Counted from the first letter of the stretch, positions 1-11,242 are shown. The stretch: 64,000 nt of DNA from Patescibacteria group bacterium (GCA_041661385.1 JBAZUP010000002.1:78670-142669), one strand, 5' to 3'. Made by a program: numbers and translations. Notes: a model not told the origin generated them from the sequence alone.

Positions 1-1
1 A

Positions 2-583
2 ATTGTCAGTGAACTGATCTTCGGCAAGACCATTGTTTTTCCGACCGAAACTTCCTATGGTCTTGGGTGTGATGCTACCAATCAGACAGCCGTAAATAAA
101 ATTTATCTCATTAAAGGACGACCGGATAATAAACCTCTGCTCATTGTCGTGCCGAATATTGAAATGGCAAAAAAAATATTAGCATGGAATAAAATTATTG
201 ATAGGCTGGCAGAAAAATATTGGCCCGGCGCGCTCACGATAGTCGGGGAGGCGACTAAGACCGAAAGTTGGGCGACTAATCTTGCGCGCGGAGTGATTTC
301 CGAGGATAATACCGTCGCCGTTCGGGTTACGGCTGATCCGCTTCTAAAATCGATTACCGAAAAATTGGGCCGGCCGCTTGTTGCTACTTCGGCAAATTAT
401 TCTGCCGAAGGAGATAATTATCGGGCCGATGAAGTTATTGAAAATTTTAAAGATAAAGATGCGCGGCCGGATATAATTTTAAATAACGGCGAATTGCCAA
501 AAAATTTACCCAGCACTATTGTCCGGGTTTATAGCGATCGGTTTGTAGTAGTGCGACAGGGAGAAATTAAAATTTCCATATGA
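2..583 (+). CDS. tsaC: L-threonylcarbamoyladenylate synthase (Sua5/TsaC), 5'-truncated by window edge
   Basis: Frame is open from base 2: FPTETSYGLGCDA, KGRPDNKPL, WPGALT, VAVRV, LVATSAN, PSTIV motifs. Confidence 0.93.
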   Translation: MVSELIFGKTIVFPTETSYGLGCDATNQTAVNKIYLIKGRPDNKPLLIVVPNIEMAKKILAWNKIIDRLAEKYWPGALTIVGEATKTESWATNLARGVISEDNTVAVRVTADPLLKSITEKLGRPLVATSANYSAEGDNYRADEVIENFKDKDARPDIILNNGELPKNLPSTIVRVYSDRFVVVRQGEIKISI

Positions 584-1722
584 ATCGACGAATCAGCCCA
601 AAATTATTAATATTGTTTCTTTCTCTAGCGACAATTTTTAGTTTTTTTATTATTGCAAAAGCCTGGCAGACCGCGAATGCGGAAATAGATTCAATGTTCT
701 ACCAAATTAGCGAAACACCTACCACAACTGAATTTGGCAGATTGCAAAAACCGGAGAAGCAAACGGTGAAAGGTGTTTACCTCACGGCTTATTCGGCCGG
801 CAGTTCGAAAAAAGTCGGAGAAATTATTGATCTTATAAATCGTACCGAGCTAAATGCGGTGGTGATTGATATTAAAGATTATAGCGGTCTGGTTTTGTTT
901 AATACTAAAAATGCTCTTGCAACTGATTTGCATTTGAAAGATAATCGTTATCCGGATTTAGCAAAGACAGTTAAGCGTTTTCATGATAATAATATTTATG
1001 TAATTGCGCGGCAAACTGTGTTTCAGGATCCGGTCCTTGCTGAAAAAAAACCCGCTTGGGCAATCAAAAAAGTTGGCGGTGGTCTTTGGCGCGATCGCAA
1101 AGGTCTTGCTTGGGTAGACCCAAGCAAAAAAGAAGTTTGGGATTATAATGTCGCGCTCGCAAAAGAAGTGATTGAATATGGGGTCGATGAAATAAATTTT
1201 GACTACATTCGGTTTCCCTCCGACGGCAATATGAAAACCACGGTTTATAGCAACACCAGTACCAAAAAATATAAGGTAATGGGAAATTTTTATAAATATT
1301 TAACAACCAAGCTTGCTGATGAACCGGCTTATCTTTCTTTTGATATGTTTGGATTTGTGATGGAGAAAAAAGGGGAGGACGATATGAATATTGGCCAGCG
1401 TATGGAAGATGCTTTGCCTTACGCGGATTATATTTGCCCGATGATGTACCCTTCTCATTATCCACCCGGTCATCTGAAGCTCGCGAACCCGGCGGCATTT
1501 CCAGCCTTGGTTTTGAACCACGGTCTTACGCTTGGGGCGCCGCGATTCGAAGGTAAAAAAGCCGAATTGCGCCCCTGGATTCAAGCGTTTGATATGGGGG
1601 CAATATATGATGGAGCTAAAATTCGCGCTCAAATCAATGAAGTGGAAAAATTTACTTCGGCCGGTTGGTTGCTCTGGAACGCTTCCAATCGTTATACCGC
1701 CGCCGGTCTGAAAGCAGAATAG
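580..1722 (+). CDS. Membrane-anchored putative glycoside hydrolase (DUF4015-like TIM barrel)
   Basis: N-terminal TM; KGVYLT, LNAVVIDIKD, GVDEINFDYIRFP, PMMYPSHY, RPWIQAF, GWLLWN. Confidence 0.8.
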   Translation: MNRRISPKLLILFLSLATIFSFFIIAKAWQTANAEIDSMFYQISETPTTTEFGRLQKPEKQTVKGVYLTAYSAGSSKKVGEIIDLINRTELNAVVIDIKDYSGLVLFNTKNALATDLHLKDNRYPDLAKTVKRFHDNNIYVIARQTVFQDPVLAEKKPAWAIKKVGGGLWRDRKGLAWVDPSKKEVWDYNVALAKEVIEYGVDEINFDYIRFPSDGNMKTTVYSNTSTKKYKVMGNFYKYLTTKLADEPAYLSFDMFGFVMEKKGEDDMNIGQRMEDALPYADYICPMMYPSHYPPGHLKLANPAAFPALVLNHGLTLGAPRFEGKKAELRPWIQAFDMGAIYDGAKIRAQINEVEKFTSAGWLLWNASNRYTAAGLKAE

Positions 1723-1723
1723 T

Positions 1724-2575
1724 ATGCCTTCTTTATATAGCCACGTCCACATTCAGCACCTCGCTACCAAATACGGTCTTCAACCCGGGCGCACCTATGG
1801 ACAGAATTTTTTGATTGATGAAGAAGTGATACGAAGAATTATCACACTTTCCAATGCTGACCGAACGGATACGATTGTTGAAATTGGTCCGGGGTTTGGC
1901 GTGCTCACGACCGCTCTTGCCGAAGTAACTGGCCGAGTGATTAGTTTTGAAATTGAAAAAAAGTTAAAACCTTATTGGGAAGATATTCAAACAAAATTTC
2001 CAAATATCGAAATTTTGTGGGGTAATGCTTTGAAAACATTTCCGGAAATAGCCAAGGGTCTGCCCGATCATTATAAGGTGGTAGCAAATTTGCCATATCA
2101 AATTACTTCGGCGGCGATTCGAATGTTTCTAGAAGTGCCGCATCCGCCGTCTAAACTTACTTTAATGGTTCAAAAAGAAGTCGGAGAAAGAATTTGCGCG
2201 GCTCCGGGGCAGATGTCGTTGCTTTCGGTGTCGGTACAGTATTATGCCGAACCGCATCTTGAACTTACTGTGCCAAGCAGCGCCTTTTGGCCGCCGCCAA
2301 AAGTTGATTCAGCGGTAGTTACCCTGCGCCGGCGCGAAGGGGTGCGATATTCACCGGAAGATGAACAGTTTTTTGCGGTAGTTAAGGCCGGTTTTGCAGC
2401 TCGGCGCAAACTTCTCATAAAAAACCTGTCTGGGTATGCCGGCAGTAAACACCGTAAAGAATTAATGGAAATTTTTGCTAAACTTAAGCTTCTTCCTACT
2501 GCTCGCGCTCAGGAATTATCGATGCCGACTTGGCGCGAGCTCGCAAAGGAAATAAATATTCTTCGTCAGAATTAA
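1724..2575 (+). CDS. rsmA: 16S rRNA adenine dimethyltransferase RsmA/KsgA
   Basis: GQNFL, VEIGPGFGVLT, VANLPYQIT, MVQKEV, FWPPPKVDS. Confidence 0.96.
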   Translation: MPSLYSHVHIQHLATKYGLQPGRTYGQNFLIDEEVIRRIITLSNADRTDTIVEIGPGFGVLTTALAEVTGRVISFEIEKKLKPYWEDIQTKFPNIEILWGNALKTFPEIAKGLPDHYKVVANLPYQITSAAIRMFLEVPHPPSKLTLMVQKEVGERICAAPGQMSLLSVSVQYYAEPHLELTVPSSAFWPPPKVDSAVVTLRRREGVRYSPEDEQFFAVVKAGFAARRKLLIKNLSGYAGSKHRKELMEIFAKLKLLPTARAQELSMPTWRELAKEINILRQN

Positions 2576-2640
2576 TTATCCACTTACGAGCGAAGGGGAT
2601 TTATGCTATACTAACAATCGTATTCTAGCATTTCGCGCTT

Positions 2641-3234
2641 ATGGCGGAAGTACAACCAGTAGCGCCGATTCCGAGGCTAAGCCGTGAGCAGAAAATGGGT
2701 TTTGTTTTCTTGCTCGTTTTTGCTGTCGTCGGATTGGTTTTAGGGATATTGCAAATACGAAATACTTTGTTTGCGCCGTTCGCTCTTTCCAATGTGGTTC
2801 CTGCTTCAGTAAAAGAAAATATAAATGATGTAGAAAAATTACGGTACCGGGATACCGACAACGATGGACTCACTGATTTTGACGAAACTTACAATTATGG
2901 TACTAGCCCATATTTATACGATTCATTTGGCTATGGATTAAGCGATAAAGACGTTATAGAAAAGGGTTTACCACGCTGCGCAAATGCCGGCAAGAATTGC
3001 GCAACCGAAGAAACGGTTATTACGGCGGCAAGCGCCTCGTCTAGCGCTCAGTCAATAATAGGTGAACAGCCAATAGATATAAAAAATATTATAAACGATC
3101 CAAAACAAATTCGGGAAATGCTTTTAAAAAATGGTATGACCAAAGATGTGCTCGATAAGGTAAATGATGCGGAGCTGCTCGTAATGATTCAAGAATTAAT
3201 GGCAAGTACAACCTTATCAACATCTACAAATTAA
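2641..3234 (+). CDS. Membrane-anchored protein with DxDxDG Ca-binding (bacterial TSP3-like) motif
   Basis: One N-terminal TM; DTDNDGLTDFDE..YGTSPY motif; stop 3 nt before the giant gene. Confidence 0.65.
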   Translation: MAEVQPVAPIPRLSREQKMGFVFLLVFAVVGLVLGILQIRNTLFAPFALSNVVPASVKENINDVEKLRYRDTDNDGLTDFDETYNYGTSPYLYDSFGYGLSDKDVIEKGLPRCANAGKNCATEETVITAASASSSAQSIIGEQPIDIKNIINDPKQIREMLLKNGMTKDVLDKVNDAELLVMIQELMASTTLSTSTN

Positions 3235-3237
3235 TTT

Positions 3238-6200
3238 ATGCGCGATAGGTTTAGAAAATTTTCAAAATTAACGCTAGTGTCGTTATTTTTATTTGTTTTA
3301 GTTTTTGGTGATTTAGTATTAATGAATAGAGTTAATGCGCAGCCGGATGGTTCGGTCGCGGATTTTGCGGCCTTAGATGCAGGAGGGGGTGTTCCGGTAA
3401 CAGATATTGGTGCGTCGGTTTCACGATTGATGTCGAGTATTAAAGCCTTAATTAAATCCGCCTTGATTAGCGGCGGTATTCGAGCGGCTTCATATGCGCT
3501 TCGAAAGGTTGCGTTTGATTCTGCGGTTTGGGTGGCATCTGGTGGCAAAGGTCAAAGTCCGCTTGCACATACTGGAGGATTTGGCGGTTATTTAAAAAAT
3601 GTGGGCGATGAGGCTGCCGGAACTTTTATTTCTGAAATGAGTAGTAAAGCGGGGGTAAACCTTTGTAAAGTGCCGGATATTAAAATTGATTTAGCCATTA
3701 AAGTCGGTCTTCGTACCAGATTTGGCGGCGGACCACCGGCCAAACCAGTCTGTACGCTCAGCCAATTTACAAAAAATTGGAGCAGTGGTGAAGCTTGGAG
3801 CAAATATTCCGATCCAAACAAGCTTGCAAAAAGTTTTAGTTCGAGTATTATCGCCAATGATAGTGATTTAGGTATTTACATCGCGGCCACGGAAAAAATA
3901 AATAATAAAATTATACAACAAAAAGAAGCGGCAACTTTAGATCGACAAGAAGGTGATGGTATTAAATCTCTAAATACCCTGATTGGAGATCAGATAAAAA
4001 CTCCCGCTGCTCTTGTAAAAAAAACAGTCGAAGGTCTTGATCCGGCAGAAACCCTTAAAAAAAATGAGGCCTTGTTAAACTCCGCTTTAGCAGGTGGTGA
4101 TGCCAAGGTTTTTCCGGCAGTATTAAGTATTTTTCTTAGTACTTTAGGCGGTACAATTCTTAATAATTTTCAAACAAAAGGTATTTTGCCAACCGGTATG
4201 TGTGCCGGGGGTATTGGCGGACCTGGTTGTAGTAATGGTTCCGGGTCTTATAATAACCCGCTCTTTAACGAAAGCGGGGAGGGTCTTACTTCACTTGGCC
4301 GGGCAGCGGCAAAAAGTTTTTTTAATTATTTAACAGCGGTTAAAATCAAGGAAGTCAATCGCTATGATTTGGCTTCACAGCTTAACAGCTGTCCGGATTC
4401 GCCGGGTATTTATAATTGCCGCGCGGGAGATGATTTAACAAATGCAATCGATCAAAAAATTACTATTGAAGACGCGATAAAACTGGGTATACTCGATGGC
4501 AACAAAAAATTAATTCCGGATGATGTTAAAACTCGTTCAATAAGCAATGATTTGAATTGTTATTTAAGCGCTTATTGTTTGAATAATGTAAAAGTTTTAA
4601 GACAGCTCAGAATTTTACCGCTAGGTTTTGAAATTGCGATTTCACGTTCTAATCCTAATGATTTATCCACGCTAAAAAGCGTGGTTGATGCGTTTAACGA
4701 TAAAAATTCCTCTTTTTATCATCTTATTGATCCGCGCTGGGTGATAAAAGCTCCCGAAGCAAAGTGTAATGCGTTGGTAAATAGCGCCAGTTTGCTTGGA
4801 GCAGATCTGCCAGCTCGTCTTCAAGATTGTGTTGATTTGCAAACCTGTGTCGGTTACGACAACAACGGTAATTGTATCGATTATGGATATTGTACTCGTG
4901 AACAAAATACATGGAAATTTCCCGCCGATAAATGTTCGGAGCAATTTGCGACTTGCGCGGTATTCCAAAATTCAAAAGGAAATTCTGTAGGTTATATCAA
5001 ACGCACCCTCGACAGCGCTTACTGCACCCAAAGTAATGATGGCTGTACCGCTTATAGTCTTTCAAGAAATTCACTCAATCAGTGGGTCGCTCCGCAATTT
5101 CCAGCGACAGCCAGCGCGAACGCCGGAATATTTTTAAACTCTAAAGCTGAAACAGATTGTTCGGCGAATTCGGCCGGGTGTTCAATTTTTAAAATTGCTT
5201 CCGCGAATTCCAATGATTATTTGAATATTAAAAAAGCACCAGATTATTTAGGGTGTTACGATAGTAACCCTGCAACTCCAGCCATAGACTGGCCGCAAAC
5301 AGCTATTGATCTCGGCCGGCTTTCCACCAATTCAGAATGTAATAATTATGCAAAAGCTTGTACAGCCGATGAAGCCAGTTGTAATTGGTATACTCCGAAA
5401 AATGGCGGTATCAAATTGCCGGGCCGATTTGTTCCGGCCGTTGTTACGACTTCTTCCGTAATTTGGAATGATCAATGTGACGCCCGTTGCGAGGGGTATA
5501 ATGTTTACCGCGAAATGCCAAGTAATTATTCCAATGGTCAGGATCTTGCTTATATAATTCCTTCTTCCGGCAAAACTTGTGTTGCGGAAGACGAGGGTTG
5601 CTCTAGCTTTACGAATCTGAGCACTGCTGTCGGCGGGGTAGAAAATACCGAATATTATTCTTATCTCCGGCCTTGTATTACCATGTCCGAAGCGACCAGC
5701 ACAGTCGCAAAGACCTTTATTACTTATGAAGGTTCCAAAGAAAATGGTTTTCAACTTCATACTTATTTAATGTTGTTTAACCAAGGCACAACGGACGTTC
5801 CACAAAACGGACCAGCTGGCTCGCCAAAATATTTTTATAAAGATCCGGCCGAACTTGCCTCGTTAAATAATGAATGTACCGAGCAAAGATATAAAGACGG
5901 TGTCGCATCGCTTGATTGTCGCCAGTTCAATGACAAAGACGGCAATATTTATTACCGAATGATTTCGCATACGATACCCGCGAATGAAAAATGTACCGGT
6001 TATCGTTTGAACGACCCGGAATTTTATGTTGATGCAACGATTGTAACGCCCGATGCCTGTCAAACTCGACTGGGTAATTGGACCAATTCTGGCGGTGCGA
6101 ATGTTTGTGAAATGTGTGTTCAAAATGGTGAATACCGTAATGGCGCCTGTATCTATTCTGGAATACCAACCGGCGTTCAAAATCCGGCCGGTGTCAGTCG

Positions 6201-9200
6201 CTCTTGTGGCGCTTCGGCAGATACTTGTCGCGCCTACAAAGGCAATGCCGGAAATAATATTCAAACCGTCTTTAGTGAAAATTTTGAAACCGCGAGTTCT
6301 AGCGACGGTTGGGTTGGTGGTGGATTCAGAGCGTTAGTTTCTACCCGCGTGGGTGAATATTCATTTGAACATGATGGCGGCGGTGCGTTTAGTAAGTCTC
6401 TCACTTTGGAACCTGGCAAGAGCTACGATCTTACCTTCTGGGCTTCGGCCGCGAGCATGGCCAATGTGACAGTGTCTTTGAATAATGGCACTGCGAATAC
6501 CATGGGTGTAGTAAGTGTCTCCGGTGTTTGGAGGCAATATCACCTTGGCACTATTGAATTAAAAGGTGCTAATCCGTCTGTGCAATTAACCTTTAATCAC
6601 GCGGCGGGCGATTCGATATATCTAGATAATATTAAATTGGTAAAAGTTGCCAGTTATTTATACTTGGTAAAAAATTCTCTTAGCGTTGATCCGGTTTGCG
6701 ACAGTATTCCAAATGATAATTTACCTGGAGAGGCGCTCGGCTGTTCGGCTTATTCCGATCCGCAAGGTCGCTCCTTCTACCTTACCAACTTTAGTTTCCT
6801 TTGCCGTGAAGACGCGATTGGCTGTACCGCTCTCTTTGATACCTTTAATACTGAAAGCACTTTACCAGAGGCGTATCACGTTTGGATTCCGGGAGCCGCC
6901 AGCACCACTGTCAACGGGTCAATTCCTGCTCCATATTCCTGTAAGATCGGCGATGGTCAGAATGGTTGTTATGTAGATATTAAGGGATATAGTTTGAGTA
7001 CAATTCGGGCGGCACTTAATGGTAGTGTTGTTGCTTCAACTGTTTATATCCCCGGCGACACTCCAAGCTCAAGTCCGGTATATCTGGTCGCAAATAAAGC
7101 CGCTTCTTGTAATGAGGTTGATCTTGGTTGTTCACTTGCCGGCAAGCAGGTGTTTGGTTCAAATGGATGGCAGTTTATGACCACCACCATAAAAAATGTT
7201 CCTGCGTCTTATGCCGATACGCTTTGTGAGAGTCAGGCAACCGGTTGTAGCGCTTTCTCCGAAGGTGATTCCATTTCATATTTTAAGGATCCGTCCGTAG
7301 CAGGACAAACCTTATGTGCTTATCAAACCGATGTGCCGGTCGCAAATGGCACTTCGGGTACGAAACGGCAAAATGGCTGGTTCTTGAAAACCCGAGTGGG
7401 AATTTGCAGTAATAGTTCGAGTTTAACTTGCCACGAGAATACAGCGGCCAGTGACTGTGGTGTGGGTACCGCGGTTTGTACCCAATTAACCTACGATCCA
7501 TGCTATCCGGCCGAGCCGCAAACCACTATTGGTTATGATTTATTATCCTTTGGAACTACCGGTTATCAAAATATTGTTGGCGAGTGTCCGTCCGATCAAA
7601 ATAAATGTACTGAAATTATTGATCATGCCGGCAATTCAAGTAACAGAAAAAATTATTTAATATTTGACGACAAACTTACTTCGGGTGACTGTGCCGGGCA
7701 AGTAAGTCAAAAGCTGGGGTGCGCTCTTTTTGATCAAACGGATAATCCGATAAAATTATGGCACACCACCAGCACCTATGCGTTTAGCGAAACAGTCGAA
7801 AATGTTTTGGTTTCGCCATCTTCAACTTCAAACAACGATGCAAATTTAATTTTGAAAGTAGTCCCAGATCGTTCTTGCGGAGAATGGCTCTCGTGCGGCA
7901 GTTCATATTCAGTTTACGATGATCAAACCGGTAAATATCGAAATGTTTGCAATCGTATCCAACGCTGTAATGGCTCCACTTGCAGTGGCGTAAATGCTAC
8001 TTATGCTAATTCTATTTTAAACTCAGATATTTATACAGCACGAACCACCACTTGGGCTGGTATGGATTATGCCGGTTATTCGCTCTTGGGTTTTTATCCG
8101 GTCGAAAGATTTGACCAGGTAAACATGGTAACCTCGACCGACAACCCCGATTGGCGCTTGGTAAAGAAAGTTCCGTGCGGCGTTATTAGCGGAGTCAGTA
8201 ACTGTACTACCGGTAGTGTAAATATTTATAGCTGTGGCGAACCGAGCGGATATGTCGATGGTTTACCATGTGGCACTGAATCAGTACCGGGTGTATGTAT
8301 GAATCACATTTGTGTTCAGCCTCCAACCGGTGTAGACACTGCTATCACTCAGCAAGAACTTGCCGATATTTCGCCAAGTCACAGTTGCCGAGCTTATCCC
8401 GAATCCGATTCGCCATTCCCACGCACTCAAAAAATTATAAACGGCGGAGCATTTAGTGGTGTCCATATTTGTAGTGAAGAAAATCCAAATGGCTGCGAAT
8501 GTAATTATCGCAAAGTTTCTTATGGCGATTCAATTATAAAATATTGGAATTATTCCGGAAATGATTCAGTCGATTCAAAAATCGGCAATTTAAACGGTAA
8601 CGATCCGGTTGGTATTTGTTTGGGCGGTACGGGAGAGGGTAATAGCTGTTCAACCGATAGCCAATGCCCCGAGGGAGCTTGTCAGTTTAAATCGGGCACA
8701 GTGCGAAAACTTTTGGGTTGGAAAGGTTTTTGTTTAGAAAAAGATACTAGCAGAGTTTTGAATGCTGACCCGGCCGTAAACCCATGTCTCACTTGGTTCC
8801 CGGTAGAATCGCTGGTCGGTGCAGCCGATATATATAATCAGCATACCGAGGCGGGCACAGATTGGCACGCGACTCCTCACAATGGCGGATATTATTGTCT
8901 TAGTTCCTCCGGAACTTCCACAACCAGAACCGCCAGAATCGCATTTTCACCGTCTGGTCTTTTTGCACAGGATCCTCGTCAAGATCAGTGTGGCAACAGA
9001 GGTGCGTTTGGATTAGCTGATTGCAAAACTGAAAATTGTGGGAATGGTTGTAACTATCAATATACTAGGGAAATATTTTCCAGAAATATTATTGATATAC
9101 CAAGTCAAACTGAAATACTTGAAAATAATACGAGTAGAGCTTATGTAGCAGCTACTGATTTAGTTGGAATTAAAAAAGAAGATATTGGCGTTATAAAAAT

Positions 9201-11142
9201 TAGCACACTTACCGGTACAGGTGGGGCATATAATATTCCGGTTGGAAGTAATTTTTATCTTAATCCAAATGATTTACCAAATGGTACGCCCCAAACTTAT
9301 TATCATCTGGTAAATAATTTCGGTGAAATGTCGGCTGTAGTGGGTGGTTTTTATCGTGGCAATCCTAATGATTTATTATTATTTTATAGCAGCTCAGATC
9401 AGATTCCAGCAGTAAGTAATAATATCGGTCTAGATGTTAATACTGGGTTATTTAATTATTATTTTAGAGAAGCAAACGTTTATGATTTCCCTGGTTTAGT
9501 TGGCAATTTATTTTCCACAACTCCATCGTTTAAAGCGGGTACTATACAAGTCGATGATATTTGGGATGCGAATATAAGTAATACTTATGTAATTGCCGCA
9601 CCTGCTACTCAGATTCCTGATCCCTATTCTGACCCCATGAACCCCACATATATAGATGTTCCAGCGACAGTTAATACGGGTTTTTGTCCAACCGATTTAA
9701 TTATAAATGGTAGCCACGGTCATTACGATGCGCCATATACATGGCACGCAATTCGTTTTAGGTTTGATCCATACACTCATCAATTAGTTAATGTATACAC
9801 TGCATTTTGTGGGCCCGTTAGAGGGGCAGATGATGTTGTATATCAAATATCTTTCCAAACTCGCGAATGGTGTACTGATTTGGCGAACGATCAAATTGAT
9901 TTAGCGCGATCGAGCGGCCAGCGCGCTATTGCTTGGACCGATCGACTCTTTAGCCTACCAAAGAGTCCGCCATTTTCTGTGCCCGATCTCGGATTTACTT
10001 ACGATACTATTAATCCCGCGTTTGGCAGTATTTCTCCGGTGTTAAATCCGCCTCTAAATCAACCGGTATCTCTCAGTCCCGCTCCGTCGATTGATTGTTC
10101 AAGTTACAATTCAAATACCAGTAACTGCAGTTCGTTTGCGCAACCTCTTATCAACAATTCCCATACTGGATCGGCTTACAGCAGAAATTCCACTTTTCCA
10201 AATGATGTGCCTTATTGTGTTCGAGGTCCTTGTCTAATTCGGAATCCGTTTACTAACGCTTGTATGGCTTATTTTATAGACTGTTCATTGGCACGGCCGC
10301 CAGCAGCCGGTGGAAACAATTATTTGCTTACGGTATTTGCCGCTCATAATAATATTCTAAGTTATCGAACTTCTACCGCTTCTTATGTAAATAATGCTGT
10401 GTCGACAATGCCATTAAATATTACTCAATCCGGAGATTATATTACTGGTGTTCAGCCCAAACCGCCCGAAATTCACCCACTCGGTCGGAGTGTGTCTGGT
10501 ACCGGAAGTAATGCCGGAGTTTATTATGAGGAATTGCCGGCGCTGGGTTTTTCAGTGAACAATTCGAGTACCGGACAAGTGGTGTCCGCTCTTGGCAATG
10601 GGTATAATTTTTCCTTGGATTTCTTCATGTTTGCCGACAAAAATCAAATGCCGATTCGCTCGGTCACGATTGATTGGGGAGATGGGTATGCTCCTGTTCC
10701 GAATGCCGGATCTTTCCGCAATCAGCGTGGTGTTACTTCTACCGCTCCGTTAAAATTGCAGTGTCAGCCTCGGGCGAGCGCCATTGATTTCGGTCATATT
10801 CTTGATCAAACTTGCGACAACGCATATTTCCACGCCGAAAATATTTATTCCTGTGCTGGTTCGGCCGGCAATGTCTGTGCTGGGTTGAATGACAGTAATT
10901 GCTATGTCCCTGCGAATGATGCTCGAAATTTATGTCCTACTGCTTACCAAGCATCCGGTTGTTGTTTCTTCAAACCAAAGGTTAGAATTATAGATAATTG
11001 GGGGTGGTGCAATGGAAGTTGTATTGCAGGAAATGGTGGTTGTTATGATGCCTCGGTGAGTGGTGGAATTAATCAATGTAAAGAAGATCCGCGTTCTTGG
11101 ACAACATTTGGTGGTACAGTTGTTGTACCTAGCAGTAATTAA
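3238..11142 (+). CDS. Giant (2634 aa) exported cysteine-rich protein with a probable carbohydrate-binding-module-like beta domain
   Basis: Signal/TM N-terminus; many recurring GC..Y/C motifs; FSENFE..LEPGKSYDLTFWA..WRQY..IYLDNIKLV jelly-roll-like segment; IDWGDG near C-terminus. Confidence 0.85.
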   Translation: MRDRFRKFSKLTLVSLFLFVLVFGDLVLMNRVNAQPDGSVADFAALDAGGGVPVTDIGASVSRLMSSIKALIKSALISGGIRAASYALRKVAFDSAVWVASGGKGQSPLAHTGGFGGYLKNVGDEAAGTFISEMSSKAGVNLCKVPDIKIDLAIKVGLRTRFGGGPPAKPVCTLSQFTKNWSSGEAWSKYSDPNKLAKSFSSSIIANDSDLGIYIAATEKINNKIIQQKEAATLDRQEGDGIKSLNTLIGDQIKTPAALVKKTVEGLDPAETLKKNEALLNSALAGGDAKVFPAVLSIFLSTLGGTILNNFQTKGILPTGMCAGGIGGPGCSNGSGSYNNPLFNESGEGLTSLGRAAAKSFFNYLTAVKIKEVNRYDLASQLNSCPDSPGIYNCRAGDDLTNAIDQKITIEDAIKLGILDGNKKLIPDDVKTRSISNDLNCYLSAYCLNNVKVLRQLRILPLGFEIAISRSNPNDLSTLKSVVDAFNDKNSSFYHLIDPRWVIKAPEAKCNALVNSASLLGADLPARLQDCVDLQTCVGYDNNGNCIDYGYCTREQNTWKFPADKCSEQFATCAVFQNSKGNSVGYIKRTLDSAYCTQSNDGCTAYSLSRNSLNQWVAPQFPATASANAGIFLNSKAETDCSANSAGCSIFKIASANSNDYLNIKKAPDYLGCYDSNPATPAIDWPQTAIDLGRLSTNSECNNYAKACTADEASCNWYTPKNGGIKLPGRFVPAVVTTSSVIWNDQCDARCEGYNVYREMPSNYSNGQDLAYIIPSSGKTCVAEDEGCSSFTNLSTAVGGVENTEYYSYLRPCITMSEATSTVAKTFITYEGSKENGFQLHTYLMLFNQGTTDVPQNGPAGSPKYFYKDPAELASLNNECTEQRYKDGVASLDCRQFNDKDGNIYYRMISHTIPANEKCTGYRLNDPEFYVDATIVTPDACQTRLGNWTNSGGANVCEMCVQNGEYRNGACIYSGIPTGVQNPAGVSRSCGASADTCRAYKGNAGNNIQTVFSENFETASSSDGWVGGGFRALVSTRVGEYSFEHDGGGAFSKSLTLEPGKSYDLTFWASAASMANVTVSLNNGTANTMGVVSVSGVWRQYHLGTIELKGANPSVQLTFNHAAGDSIYLDNIKLVKVASYLYLVKNSLSVDPVCDSIPNDNLPGEALGCSAYSDPQGRSFYLTNFSFLCREDAIGCTALFDTFNTESTLPEAYHVWIPGAASTTVNGSIPAPYSCKIGDGQNGCYVDIKGYSLSTIRAALNGSVVASTVYIPGDTPSSSPVYLVANKAASCNEVDLGCSLAGKQVFGSNGWQFMTTTIKNVPASYADTLCESQATGCSAFSEGDSISYFKDPSVAGQTLCAYQTDVPVANGTSGTKRQNGWFLKTRVGICSNSSSLTCHENTAASDCGVGTAVCTQLTYDPCYPAEPQTTIGYDLLSFGTTGYQNIVGECPSDQNKCTEIIDHAGNSSNRKNYLIFDDKLTSGDCAGQVSQKLGCALFDQTDNPIKLWHTTSTYAFSETVENVLVSPSSTSNNDANLILKVVPDRSCGEWLSCGSSYSVYDDQTGKYRNVCNRIQRCNGSTCSGVNATYANSILNSDIYTARTTTWAGMDYAGYSLLGFYPVERFDQVNMVTSTDNPDWRLVKKVPCGVISGVSNCTTGSVNIYSCGEPSGYVDGLPCGTESVPGVCMNHICVQPPTGVDTAITQQELADISPSHSCRAYPESDSPFPRTQKIINGGAFSGVHICSEENPNGCECNYRKVSYGDSIIKYWNYSGNDSVDSKIGNLNGNDPVGICLGGTGEGNSCSTDSQCPEGACQFKSGTVRKLLGWKGFCLEKDTSRVLNADPAVNPCLTWFPVESLVGAADIYNQHTEAGTDWHATPHNGGYYCLSSSGTSTTRTARIAFSPSGLFAQDPRQDQCGNRGAFGLADCKTENCGNGCNYQYTREIFSRNIIDIPSQTEILENNTSRAYVAATDLVGIKKEDIGVIKISTLTGTGGAYNIPVGSNFYLNPNDLPNGTPQTYYHLVNNFGEMSAVVGGFYRGNPNDLLLFYSSSDQIPAVSNNIGLDVNTGLFNYYFREANVYDFPGLVGNLFSTTPSFKAGTIQVDDIWDANISNTYVIAAPATQIPDPYSDPMNPTYIDVPATVNTGFCPTDLIINGSHGHYDAPYTWHAIRFRFDPYTHQLVNVYTAFCGPVRGADDVVYQISFQTREWCTDLANDQIDLARSSGQRAIAWTDRLFSLPKSPPFSVPDLGFTYDTINPAFGSISPVLNPPLNQPVSLSPAPSIDCSSYNSNTSNCSSFAQPLINNSHTGSAYSRNSTFPNDVPYCVRGPCLIRNPFTNACMAYFIDCSLARPPAAGGNNYLLTVFAAHNNILSYRTSTASYVNNAVSTMPLNITQSGDYITGVQPKPPEIHPLGRSVSGTGSNAGVYYEELPALGFSVNNSSTGQVVSALGNGYNFSLDFFMFADKNQMPIRSVTIDWGDGYAPVPNAGSFRNQRGVTSTAPLKLQCQPRASAIDFGHILDQTCDNAYFHAENIYSCAGSAGNVCAGLNDSNCYVPANDARNLCPTAYQASGCCFFKPKVRIIDNWGWCNGSCIAGNGGCYDASVSGGINQCKEDPRSWTTFGGTVVVPSSN

Positions 11143-11152
11143 TTATAATAAC

Positions 11153-11182
11153 AAAAAACCCCGATTCAATCGGGGTTTTTTT
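11153..11182. terminator. Bidirectional intrinsic terminator
   Basis: aaaaaaccccgatt-c-aatcggggttttttt between convergent genes. Confidence 0.8.
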
Positions 11183-11242
11183 ATTACCGACCTCCATTCC
11201 ATTGGATAGGAAAGAGGTCGGCGGTGATGAAGTTGGAGCGAA

